NCBI GenBank assembly: GCA_050084985.1
Contig: JBITNC010000001.1
Span: 154,814,001 to 154,878,000 of the forward strand
Direction: 5' to 3'
Origin: Nageia nagi
Taxonomy: Eukaryota > Plantae > Pinophyta
DNA: 64,000 nucleotides
This document shows, piece by piece, positions 52,559 through 64,000 of this stretch; the first letter of the stretch is position 1; each line of letters starts with the position of its first letter. Position numbers and translations under genes: made by a program. The notes under the pieces are model-generated. The model saw nothing but the letters and a program-made list of their open reading frames with translations, did no database searches and was not told the DNA's origin.

Positions 52559-54097
52559 CTAGGTATTTGTTGATTTTTAAATTGTTATTGTTGGATTGGT
52601 CCTAGTAATAGGGTTTGTTGCTAGGTATTCTAATTAAATCTTCTTTAATGATTAGGCTAATTAGGTTATTGGTTATTCTAGTTCAATTATTTCATGTTAT
52701 TCCATTATAGTTCTTCTCATTGTTGATTATGTGCATATTATAACCAATCATGATTAGGTTGGATCTATGGTGGAGAATATTGAACCATAGATTATGAAAA
52801 TATAATATTCCACCATGGTTGCATAATACGTCTATTCTAAAATCTAACACCCATACTTGGACCATTAGCATTTGTAGTTGTTATCATATTTGTTATATAC
52901 ATATGAGCTATATTCAAACAATCATATTTATCTGTTACATGATTCTCATTACACAAACTACAGATTTTATTACTGTTAAGAGGATACTCATGCAATGCAT
53001 GTTTCTTTCTACATCTTGGATAGTATACTAATAAAGTTTCATAAGATTCCCTTGATTTATTTAACTTATTTTCTACCTTTTTTAATAGACTTAATTCCAT
53101 AAGAATATCTAATTTGAAATTTGTTAGTTCATCAATTAATTCACTGATAATATTATCAAAAAAATTTGAGGTTTGATATTTTGTGTAGAATTCCTTATCC
53201 TAGAATAATTTCTACATAGTTCCACTAGGTCATCTAGAGGTAAAGTAATTATATTACCATTTTCCATTACATTTAATACACCCAATCAAGAGTATGTAAA
53301 AACCCTCAAAAAGATATGTTTTTATAAATTCTTGGTCAACAACAGTACTAACCCTTTTATGGACAAACAAAAATCTATCCAAGTAATCGTCTAGATTTTC
53401 TTCTTCATCCTATTTGATTCTGAATAATTCATCTTTTTATACTTCACTCTATAATACTCTTGATATTTAGCTAGAAATAATTTTTCCATATCTACCCATT
53501 TAGTGATGGAATTAGCAACTGATCTCATAATCCATCCCATTGCATTTTCCTTTAGAGTTAATGGAAAAAGCTTCAATTTTTGGATATTAGTTTCATAATC
53601 ATAAATTTTGCAAAGTACCTTGAATTCAAATTGGAATTGATCTGAACCTTCACTATAAATTACCCTAAAGCATTGTAGAAAATATGAAATGGTTTGGTTG
53701 CTTCTCTCTCTACTTCATAATCAGTATCACTTGAAGAAAAATATCTATGCAAAGGTGAAGTGATTTCTAAAAATCTTACTACATTTTTGAAAGTTAATTC
53801 TATAGGAATTATTTTTAAAAATTATTCTTCTAGAGTACTAGAAATGCTACTACTCTTAATATCTTTTCCAAATTCTTTAAAATAATTTGGAGACAAAACA
53901 TTTGCAAAATTATTCCTTCAAGTTTTTAGCATCAAATTATTTTTTAACTTGTTCAACAATAATTTCTTCCTCAATTCTAGCTTGATGAGAGCTTGACCTT
54001 GATCCTAGATTAGGGGTACTTTTCTGGGGGGTTTTGGTTTTTCTCTACCTCTACCTCTACTAATAAATCTCCCCCTTTCATCTCTAAGTCTATTCAT
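52559..54097 (-). pseudogene. gag: gag of G (N-terminal part)
   Basis: MNRLRDERGRF start; KLFPLTLKENAMGW...SITKWVDMEKLFLAKY; Cys/His region CRKKH...CSLCNENH. Confidence 0.85.
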
Positions 54098-54545
54098 CCA
54101 CTCTAAGTAAACACTAAACTTTAAACAACTACACACTTTTTAAAATAGCTTCTCTAAAAATATAAGATAGTTAATTATTCTAGATCACTCAAACTTTAGA
54201 AAATAAATATTATTTAACATATTTACTTATCCATGTAAGATTATTTCAACAAAATTCATGATACTCAGATAGGATCACTTTCATTAAATCTCTATTACCT
54301 TAGAATTGAAGAAACATGGTTATACATGATTTCTTAAATGACACTGAGAATAGTACTATCATGAAATTTCCTAAAAATAGTTTCAACCAACATCATTTAT
54401 TTCTTATTGTATAATGAACCTCTCCCTTTTCCAACACTTAGGGACCAGTTAGCTCAAATAAGCTAGTACTCTACTACTAAAAGATTCAGTTGCTTTTTGC
54501 TATACATAATATAGAAACTATGATCACCAGCAACAACATAAAAAA

Positions 54546-55674
54546 TGATGGTATCAATACAATATTTAGTTTATCATATCCATGATTGGTGTCCTAAGGC
54601 TATATGCAGCTAATACTCTATTATAAATACTATGGATCTAATGAAATAGTAACTTATATTGGAAATTGATTGAACTTTCCTAGATTGATCACACATACAT
54701 AAATGATTTAAAATAAATGTTGTAGTATAGAATGTAAAATACTAAATTAAAATAATAAAAATTAGAGAATACAATTTTGTAGAGTGGGCCCTCCACCTTC
54801 TAATAGAGCTCATGAATAAAACTTCAAAAACATAGGATGAAAGATTCTTAACTTCTTCAAAAACTAGAAAATATAATATTTACATGAACTTTAGAGTTTT
54901 ACAAGTTGTAATGGTAGCTAGCTAGCCTTCTTCTGAAATAAGAAGGCTAATTTTTTATCAAAACTCTAACAAACTTTTAGATACTAATCAATTACATTCC
55001 TATTACTTATAGGTTTATTTGAAACAAAATCCTATTTTAGCCTATGAATCATTTAGATATGTATAAAAGAAAGATAAGTAAGTATCTATCTTGGAAACAA
55101 ATCTTTAGACTTAGTCAACCTTAGGTTTATCATGAATTTATCTTTGTGCATTCTTTTTTGTTCACTTCTTTAGGTTTGTTAGTTATCCTTCCAAAATATA
55201 ATCCTAAAATTTGTTCCAATCTTATTCTAAAGTTGTGGAATATATATATAAAGTGACACCTAGGAAATAGAACACTTTATACCATCATGTTCTATTTTTG
55301 AATCTTCCTATTGGAGATTTTGATGTTGTCTCTTCTCAAACACATTCTAAAGTTGGTCATTCCTTATTTAATTCTAGATTTTGAATATTTTGAAGCTATA
55401 TTTGAATTTTTTCCATCCCTAACTAATTCTAAAGTTGTTTCTCACTTAGACCACATTATTGTTACTTATGCAAAACATGAATATTCAACATTTAAATATA
55501 ATAATAATCAGTAACAACATTTAATTAGTGGAGATAAAAGAAAATATATATTCACTTCTAAATATAACAATTATATAAATTAAAACATAATAATAGTAGT
55601 ATCTCATAGCATTCCAAGTGATAAAGTACATTCACAAAATTATGCAAAAAAAGATCTCATTTTTGACCTCATCA
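54546..55674 (-). repeat. 5' LTR of G
   Basis: tgatggtatc...cctcatca, followed by TSD atata. Confidence 0.88.
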
Positions 55675-58479
55675 ATATATGTATGTTTGTATGTATTAAT
55701 GTTAATCTAATGCTATTAGCATAAAGTGGTTAAACCCTTAATAGAGGCCAACATATGTATTTATCACCAATTTCATATTAGTTGTGATCTATAGGCTTAG
55801 GATTTAAACTTCTATCCATGTACATTTCTTAATTTCAACCTTTTATAAGATTTATTTTAATTTTAAATGAACCAACCTTATTTAGAGATTAAGTAATTAG
55901 GTGCATAGGTCCTAAATTGATTACTTTTTTAATGAAATTATTTAGCTATAATTATTATTATAGGGTACAATTTTCTATATATTGCACTTTCGCAATCAAC
56001 ATGAGCTTTGGTTGAATCTTAGAAGGATAAAGAAGGTTAGGGTTGTATAGAAAATGGGTTTGAATATATAAAAGAAACAAGACTAGTTTGATATTATGAT
56101 GAGATAAAATTTACTTATGATTGACATAAAGGGTGGTTAAATTTGAAAAGTTAGAAACTAATTATAATTAATAATTTTAAAGGTTGTAATAGAAATATTT
56201 GGTAAGAATTGGTCTATAAGATCAAATAAGGTTTACACCATTTGAGAGATTAAAAAGGGATTTTCGGATTGAAAAAGGTTATTAAGTTATAGATTGGAAA
56301 AATGAAAGCATTTAAGGTAAGGAGTGGAAGAGGAAGCAGGTATAATAAAACCAAATCTATTCATTTTAGAAGTTGCAACTTACATGAATCCATCAATTGA
56401 TTATTGATCTACTAGCCATGCTATTTATGCATGACTAAAATAAATACTAAGATAATGTTCAACATAATTGATATTACTTATTTTTAAATTAGTTGATAAA
56501 TCAAAATAAAGGTGAATTTACATGATATCATCATGTTTAAAATGATAATAAAGTTAAATTTCCATTGACCTTTAACTAGATGATTGATGTTTTAGTTAAA
56601 CTTCCCTTTTTTATGTAATTTTTCTAGTTATGTTTGACCTACAAAATGGTGAAAAATAATAAAATCACTAGTTCTGATCTCTAAATTTAAGTAATCAAAT
56701 TTATTTTTCATAATTATAATTTAAAAAAAAATTAAACAATTTTTAAGAATATCCTTGCAAAAATTAGAGTTAGTCAGAGTTTATATGTCCTATGAAACCA
56801 TCAAGCAAAGTGGACAACTTGAACACCCAAAAAATAAATTTGTTAGAAAAGAAAATCATAATAAGTAAATAAATGTAATAATATAATGAATTATAGTTAC
56901 TAATTATATTAATAAAATTAATTAGAATAAAAATAAAATATTCATGTAATTGTTATATGAAAGATTTAGTAGAAATAACTAGAACAACTATTACTAGACA
57001 TAAATGAGAGTTTATTTTCTATTTTTGCATAATACAAATCCAAGAAATGAATGAAAAATGCAAGAAACAAATAAGTTAAGTTAAGTAACATGCAAACTAT
57101 TTATTTATTTGATTTATCGATAATGAATGTAGAGATTTCACTTAATAATCTGAAAATGAATAGTTGGTTGATTTAATGATGTTGATCAAACTTTTCAAAA
57201 TAATATATAACTAAAATATTTAGATATTAGTCCTCAATAGCAAGTAAATTATACCAAAGTGAGTATCCAATAAATAAAATTAAATAACATGCACTACACC
57301 ATTTAAACATATGATTAGGCATCAAATAGCTTATGTAATCACTAGCCCTATCCAAATATTCAATCATGAACTAAGTTTTAGATATCATGGGTAAGTCATT
57401 TAATGTTCACAAGATTAAATATATTTTTTTTTTATTCAAGAGCCTTGGTGGTATTGACCACATGAATGGATGCAAAATAATATTATTTAAATATAATAAG
57501 AATCATCAAAATTCATTCATGCTTACAAGAAGGAAGACTTAAAGTTGATAATGCTCTAGGTTATTCATACAATACTTAATGCTACCTAAACTACCATGAA
57601 TTTTTATTATAATTAAATACTTGTTGTACATGATGAATTGTAATATATTCATTGATAATAATATAATTAATCCTAACAAATGAGAGTATATTTCATAATT
57701 GTTCTTGTAAATGGCTAAATAAAGGAGATAATACTCAAAATCCATGTTTCCTAAGGTGAATTTATTATTGTAATAAGCATTCGAGAAGTTGACTATAAAA
57801 TGTAAGTAGAGAAAGTTTTACATCCTAATTTTATATAAATTGTAAAGGAAAAAAGGGAAAGTGTTAAAGGAATTATAAATTGATCTTATGGTCTTTTGTA
57901 TATAATTACATGAATCTAACTAAGAGAGAATATATGAGATAGTGTGAAGGGTGTAATGCTTAGTATTGAAATCTTATGTGTGGTCAAGGATAGTGACTTA
58001 AATTTTCTTTGTGTAAACCTAGGTCAATAAGGAAAATGAAATTAAAACCCTCCTTATCTACTTATCTACACTAAAGTATTTTGATATCTATAATACCTAA
58101 ATCCTATCATTATTAAAATTTTCCCTTAAAATATTATTATCTCTATATAACTAATATATTTTATAGTCAATAATAGTACCTAATCACCATATTATTATGT
58201 AAGATAATGATTGCCCGTAATAACTTATAATATATATCATAAAGGAATAATCAAGCAATGAGACTAAGGGGATAATTGCAACAATAATTAGTATATAGTA
58301 CATAGTACAAGTCTACAAAACATTTAGAGGTTCATATCGACTCACAACCCCTACATTTGAGATATTTAAAAATTAATGATAGATACTACAAACCAATAGG
58401 TTTAAAATAATGTTAATGTTGAATTTACCTTTATCTTTTAAAAGGGATTTTAGTTTGAGGAGTTTACTAAAAATAAAAG

Positions 58480-59054
58480 TAAATGTGGGGTAATAAATAT
58501 TAAAAGTGAATAACAAATGATGAATAATACCTAATGAATATTCCATGATAAAGAAGAAATTGTAAATGGTAAAAGTAAATGTAAAACAAATGTATTTTTC
58601 AACAAGAGGGAATATAAAATGCCAATAAGTGAGAATCTAGAAGGAAATACATACGTGGAGTTTGTAGATAGAGGAAAAGATCAGCTAGGTCATGAGTAGA
58701 AGACTTGGGGAAAAGAAAAAAAATATTTCAATATTGTTGTTAGTGGAAAGGGGCCCAAGTAATTGAAAAATGTAGGCAGTAGTGGGCCCTTTTGTATACT
58801 AATAAATTTAATTCTAGAGATTTTATTGAGGATGAAATGATTGATGAATCCCTAGAGGAGTTAAGGTTGTGCATAGTTGGAAAATTCACTATTTAATGGC
58901 TTAGCATTTCGAGTTTAAAGAATTGAGCATTAGAGAAATGGGAGCTAAAGGGATAGGTAAGATTCTTGATGCTTCCTAGGGTTCTTTTTGCTTTCTACTT
59001 TGATTTTTAAGAGGACTTGCAACATGTTCTAGAAGGAGGGACTTGGTTCCTATT
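58480..59054 (+). pseudogene. L1 LINE ORF1 remnant (DUF4283)
   Basis: ELRLCIVGKFTI*WLSISSLKN*ALEKWELKG*VRFLMLPRVLFAFYFDF*EDLQHVLEGGTWFL at about 58858-59052. The 5' limit is approximate. Confidence 0.75.
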
Positions 59055-60223
59055 TATTAGTATAATCTAACCTAAAGGTTTTTTTTGGTATAGTTCTCCA
59101 TTTGTTGCAATAGTAGGATTCTTGATAGAGCAAAAAGTGGTGGGACAATACATTCATGGGGGTTTTCTACTCAATATTTGATTTATAGGTTAGTTCCTAT
59201 CTATGAAAGAGGTTAAAAGTAACTAGAAAAAGATAAAAGAGGTGAAGATTAATAGGAACTAGATCAAAATCTAAATTACTTAAAGAAAACTAAAACTAAT
59301 CAACCCAAGCATCACTTCATAGGTAGTAATCCATTTTCAAGATCAAGAATAGAAAAACTACCTCACTCTTGGGATCTCACAATCATAATACACAACCACA
59401 ACTTAGGACAATGCTTCATACATAATTATTACAAAATAAAATAACAAATACAAATTATAGAGAGAAAAATATCATAGAATTGTATTATCATATATGAAAA
59501 CACTTCTCACACTAGGAAACTTTGCTAAAATGTTTGACCTTTTGGACCTCTAATAGTCACTATTTATAATGTTCTATTTACAAAATAGGTGGTTGTCCAC
59601 CATTAATGACTACAACTACCCTATTGACTAAGAACTAAATGAAAGTAAATATCTATAATCATGTATAGAAAAATGTAAAATATATGTCTAATCATGGATT
59701 ATGGTCTCGATGCATGTCAATTCTTAAAATTTGTAAACCTTCAATCATGTACCAATCTAGCCATAATTAGTTGTTCTTTATCTCTTGATTTTGACACATC
59801 TAAATTGTTATTGTATTTATAAGGTATGGTTTCTCATTTTTGTAAGTATAGATAATCTGATTAATCATTTAATGAGACACCAACCTTCTATAACCATTAA
59901 ATGCTTGCACTAAAGTTCTAGTTTTGACTACTATAAGGGTGAAGGAAGATGTAAGCATTTAGACCTAATAATGAAGAACTACTACCACATGCAAATGAGT
60001 CATAGTTGACACATTGGCATAATCTTAAGGGTCATACACTCTTGATTAAGTGGACTCAAGTGGTTATCTCTTCTTACAGTGTCTATTTCTTCTTAGCAAA
60101 TTTGTTGCACATTAGCAAGTATTGTTGAATATCTAATAAGCCTTACCACCAACCAATTTTCCTTAAAAAAATGACATCATCACTTAAAATTAGTAGGATC
60201 TACTAAATGTGAGCATTATAACA
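59055..60223 (-). repeat. Probable 3' LTR of element J, which interrupts the L1 and runs off the window end
   Basis: Starts tattag (decayed tgttag) where ORF1 stops, has a minus-strand TATA (ctatttataa), and ends ataaca followed by PPT complement tctcctccta. The second LTR is not in the window. Confidence 0.5.
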
Positions 60224-60948
60224 TCTCCTCCTACTAAGGCCTTCTATACTATTTGATGATGGATGAAGTTAGAGTTAATTTCTATCAAAAGGTACAAATC
60301 TTCCTATGGAATTCCATGGGTTCCAAAATATTGCATGCTAAGCAACCTAACTTTGGACTAATAGTTATATACAATGATACTTGGAAAGAACTCTTGGAGT
60401 ACACAAGACTCAAACCTAAGTAACTATACTTTTGATAAGACCCTGACTAGACTTAGACATAAACATAAACGTTATAAAATACTTCCCAAAGATGACTTAG
60501 CTAATTCTACAAAATGGGAACCCTTCAATTTTTTACTCACTCACATCTCCTAAACATGACTCAAATGAGTATGTATAAAGAATAATTATCACATCACAAA
60601 ATTGTAAGATTTGAAATACCTTTCCTCTAACTAAAACTTCGTAACATGAAAACTTTAAATAGAACAATACCTTGATTGAAGCATATATAATACAAGATTT
60701 TTAATAAAAATACTAAGTATATACAATCTATATTCATGATTGAATTTATACAACTATTTACAAATGAAAGAAAAGGGAATAAGGAGTGAGAAGTATAGAA
60801 AAAAATTTATTGGGAAAGAAATTAATTAACAAAAGAATTATGAATATAAATAATATTACCCCTTAAGAGTGTGATTATATAAGAACAATAATATTTTGGT
60901 GGCTCTTTAGGATCTTCAATATACTACCCTTAATGACCACTCCCGCTT

Positions 60949-61195
60949 GCTTGCCTAGTTATATCCTTTTGTGGGGCCTATTATTGAGGAATTAATTCTA
61001 TAGGTAATAAGAATTGAAGTTTATTATATAAATCCTATAGATTTTTATTATCTACCTTGGATAATATGGGAAATGCTTGAAATTTTGTACTGTTCTTTCT
61101 AAAGCCCATAAAAACATTCTCTAGTGTAATATCATTCAAAAACCTTGCAATTGCCTCCTATGCTTGCTCATTCATTTCTTAGAGATATGAGATTT
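60949..61195. repeat. 247-bp direct repeat, copy 1
   Basis: Identical by eye to 62750-62996. Confidence 0.95.
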
Positions 61196-62749
61196 GTTAG
61201 GAAATTATAATTATTACGGAGCAATAGAACATAAAAAACATTTTAGAAATATAAGCACAGAAAATGCATAAACAAGAGAGACACAGATATACGTGGTTCA
61301 CCCAGTTTGGGCTACGTCCACACCAAACAGCCAGTCCTTCCTTTTTTATTATCCAGCAGAGTGAATAGATACAACCTACAGCAGATCCGCTGTAATATCC
61401 TCTTTTTCTCTCACAGTCTCACGTCTCTGTTTCTCACTCACTGAATCACGTCTGTTACAATGCCCACATGCAAAAAAGAGGGGTTTTTATCTAGGAAAAA
61501 ATCCCTAAACCAAACATAAGTTCAACCGTCAGATTATTTGCCTAATAAATGGCCCAGATTGACTAGAAATTACTTTACTTTTACACGGCAATTTTCCAGA
61601 CGTTTTTAGCTTCCTGAGATATACATCTGGCTAAAATAAACAACTCTGAACAATCATGCTCCACACACAACAATCTCCCACTTGGAGAATGATTGTAGCA
61701 ACTCCACCGCTGCTTCTTTTGCTGGACAATGACTCCTCTTTGGACCTGGCTGTTTCTCATCTTCATAGTCATCCTTGAAGACCAATTGAAACTGAGCATA
61801 TTCTCAGTTTCTCCCTGGTTACAACTTTTGTTAGCATATCTGCAGGATTCTGGCTAGTATGTATCTTAGCCAGCTTTAATTCTCCATCTTCCAACACTGA
61901 TCGTATGAAATGGTACTTAAGCTGTATGTGTTTAGTCCTAGAATGAAATGCTGAGTTCTTTGCAAGATGAATGGCACTTTGGCTATCACTGTATAGCGTC
62001 CCCATATCATGCTCCTTACCCAATTCACCCATGAACCTTTGTAACCAAATCATTTCTTTACTAGCCTCTGTAGCAGCAACATACTCTGCTTCTATTGTTG
62101 AAAGTGCAACAACACTTTGGATTTTTGAAACCCAACTGACAGCTGTTCCACCAACAGTAAATACATATCCTGTAGTGCTCCTCCTGTTATCTCTGTCACC
62201 TGCCATATCTGCATCAACATATCCCTGTAGGGAAATGTTTGAACCACCAAAACATAATGCTTGATTTGTGGTACCTTTCAAATATCTGAGAATCCATTTC
62301 ACTGCCATCCAATGTTCCTTTCCTGGATTATTCATGTACCTGCTTACAACTCCCACTGCATGTGCAATATCAGGCCTTGTGCAGACCATTGCATACATTA
62401 AGCTTCCAACTGCTGATGCATATGGAACTTTAGACATATAATCCATGTCTTCTTGGGTCTTTGGGCACATTTCCTTACTAAGTTTGAAATGGCTAGCAAA
62501 AGGTATACTAACTGGTTTTGCATTGTGCATATTAAATCTTTTCAATACCTTTTGTATGTACTCATTCTGAGACAATGTCAATTTATGATTTTTCCTGTCT
62601 CTAGTGATTCTCATACCAAGGATTTGTTTTGCAGCTCCCAAATCCTTCATTGCAAATGAATTTGCCAATTTTCTTTTGAGCACATTTATTTCCTGCATGT
62701 TAGACCCTGCAATAAGCATGTCATCTACATACAATAACAATATGATATA
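61195..62749 (-). mobile_element. Element K: young, 5'-truncated Tnt1/Tork-like copia (RT C-half, RNase H, PPT, single LTR)
   Basis: 478-bp LTR at 61195-61672 (tgtt...aaca), PPT aagtgggagat, uninterrupted ORF, and CpGs retained in the LTR. Confidence 0.92.
61769..62749 (-). CDS. pol: Partial copia pol: RT (YVDD) plus RNase H, open but lacking its N-terminus
   Basis: YIILLLYVDDMLIAG...PYASAVGSLMYAMVCTRPDIAHAV...GYVDADMAGDRDNRRSTTGY...HSRTKHI...NPADMLTK. Confidence 0.93.
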   Translation of the reverse strand, partial: YIILLLYVDDMLIAGSNMQEINVLKRKLANSFAMKDLGAAKQILGMRITRDRKNHKLTLSQNEYIQKVLKRFNMHNAKPVSIPFASHFKLSKEMCPKTQEDMDYMSKVPYASAVGSLMYAMVCTRPDIAHAVGVVSRYMNNPGKEHWMAVKWILRYLKGTTNQALCFGGSNISLQGYVDADMAGDRDNRRSTTGYVFTVGGTAVSWVSKIQSVVALSTIEAEYVAATEASKEMIWLQRFMGELGKEHDMGTLYSDSQSAIHLAKNSAFHSRTKHIQLKYHFIRSVLEDGELKLAKIHTSQNPADMLTKVVTREKLRICSVSIGLQG

Positions 62750-62996
62750 GCTTGCCTAGTTATATCCTTTTGTGGGGCCTATTATTGAGGAATTAATTCT
62801 ATAGGTAATAAGAATTGAAGTTTATTATATAAATCCTATAGATTTTTATTATCTACCTTGGATAATATGGGAAATGCTTGAAATTTTGTACTGTTCTTTC
62901 TAAAGCCCATAAAAACATTCTCTAGTGTAATATCATTCAAAAACCTTGCAATTGCCTCCTATGCTTGCTCATTCATTTCTTAGAGATATGAGATTT
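62750..62996. repeat. 247-bp direct repeat, copy 2
   Basis: Identical by eye to 60949-61195; abuts the truncation point of K. Confidence 0.95.
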
Positions 62997-64000
62997 ACTT
63001 CTCAAACATGTTTATTGATGAGTCTTTATCCAAAAAGGACTTGGTATTTTCCACCCATCGGTCAGCACTACTTTGTATATTTGATTCTTCCTATAATTTG
63101 GGAGCCTTCAATTGAAATAAAGAATTGAAAAACTCATTTACAATACTTATTTCTATCTTCAATTGACCTTTCTCAAAGTATAGGATGAATGCCAAATCCT
63201 TGGAGTCACAACTATATTTTATTATTCTTAAAAGAGTAATAGTGTCCAAGTCCTTCTCCATTATCACCTTGATCCAACTTTGTATTTCTTCAATTTTTAC
63301 TCTTAGGGCTTCTAGGGATAATTCTTAGAGAGTAGTGATAGCATCATATTAAAGTATGGCTTGTTCTATTTGATTTTTCAAGTAATATCTTATACAAGCT
63401 CACCTTTCTTTCTTCAATCTGCTCCACTACAACCTTTCTATAATCCTTGATGATCTATAGTAGTTTAACTTTGTCATCATGTAAAAATTTATTGGTTGCT
63501 ATAGTCTTTTTAAGCTTTTCTTCTTATTTTTTAGCTTTTTCTCACTCTACTATATGGATTAGGCCTTTAGCTCCTCATTTTGCTTTTTTAATTTTTCTAG
63601 CTCAATCTTTGCTTCCTGTAGACTTTTATCATGCTTATCCTTATATTTAGTCAACTTCTTAATTAACTCTTTATATTGGTTTTGAAGACTAGCTATCATC
63701 TTATCTTTTTATGAGTAATCCCCTTTGTACTGATCAATTTTTTATTTAATGTTTCTATTTTATTCTCCATAGATTAGAGACATTTTCCAAAAGCTAGGTA
63801 AGTATTGATCAAAAATTGGGTTGATCCATTATGGAGGCACTCTGCATATTTACATTTACAATATCTATAGGGGTTTTATCTAACTTCCCATATTTAAAGA
63901 AAATTTATTTAATTTTTATATCCCTCATATTTTAACTCTACTTAATAACCTACCTTGCTACTCCAAGAGTGTAGGGGTTAATTAATATTTCCCAATCAAT

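Larger units (their letters stand above)
37936..55674 (-). mobile_element. Element G: Athila-like Ty3/gypsy LTR retrotransposon, degenerate, with nested element H
   Basis: LTRs 37936-38986 and 54546-55674, perfect TSD ATATA (37931-37935, 55675-55679), decayed Asp-type PBS complement tcaccagcaacaacata at about 54524-54540, gag-pol, and a 3' extra ORF. Confidence 0.9.

Noticed and set aside
37806-55743. Short (~195-bp) LTR split by G (tgttaa...cccttaata)
   Set aside because: No partner LTR or TSD found in the window.
57430-57760. Harbinger nuclease remnant (LGGIDHM)
   Set aside because: Single weak motif; the surrounding frame does not fit.
55680-58480. AT-rich stretch as a possible gene or promoter
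   Set aside because: No recognisable ORF, splice structure or element termini.

Overview
AT-rich, CpG-depleted plant intergenic DNA, most likely a conifer or other gymnosperm (inferred from element lineages and the PPR remnant). It is almost entirely nested retroelements. There is no intact host gene, RNA gene or CRISPR array. Contents in order: (1) a PLS-PPR pseudogene fragment. (2) Tekay/Del chromovirus A (1099-17830), with a solo LTR in its 5' LTR and element B in its 3' LTR. (3) B (9942-15915): young, Gag-only, tRNA-Trp-primed and Tat-like, with a hairpin-repeat array. (4) A fragmented Tat/Ogre pol C with an additional RNase H, interrupted by D and E. (5) D: a short-LTR element that itself holds a TIR element. 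(6) E (22629-33912): SIRE-like copia whose 5' LTR carries F, a poly(A)-tailed RT-less coding insert. (7) Athila-like G (37936-55674), whose 3' extra ORF appears homologous to the F protein. (8) H, nested in G: a second Trp-primed element with no gag/pol, only an antisense, apparently spliced Plant Mobile Domain gene. (9) An L1 ORF1 remnant and another LTR element J. (10) K: a very young 5'-truncated Tnt1/Tork-like copia flanked by a perfect ~247-bp direct duplication. All family calls come from manual translation and motif recognition; no searches were run.
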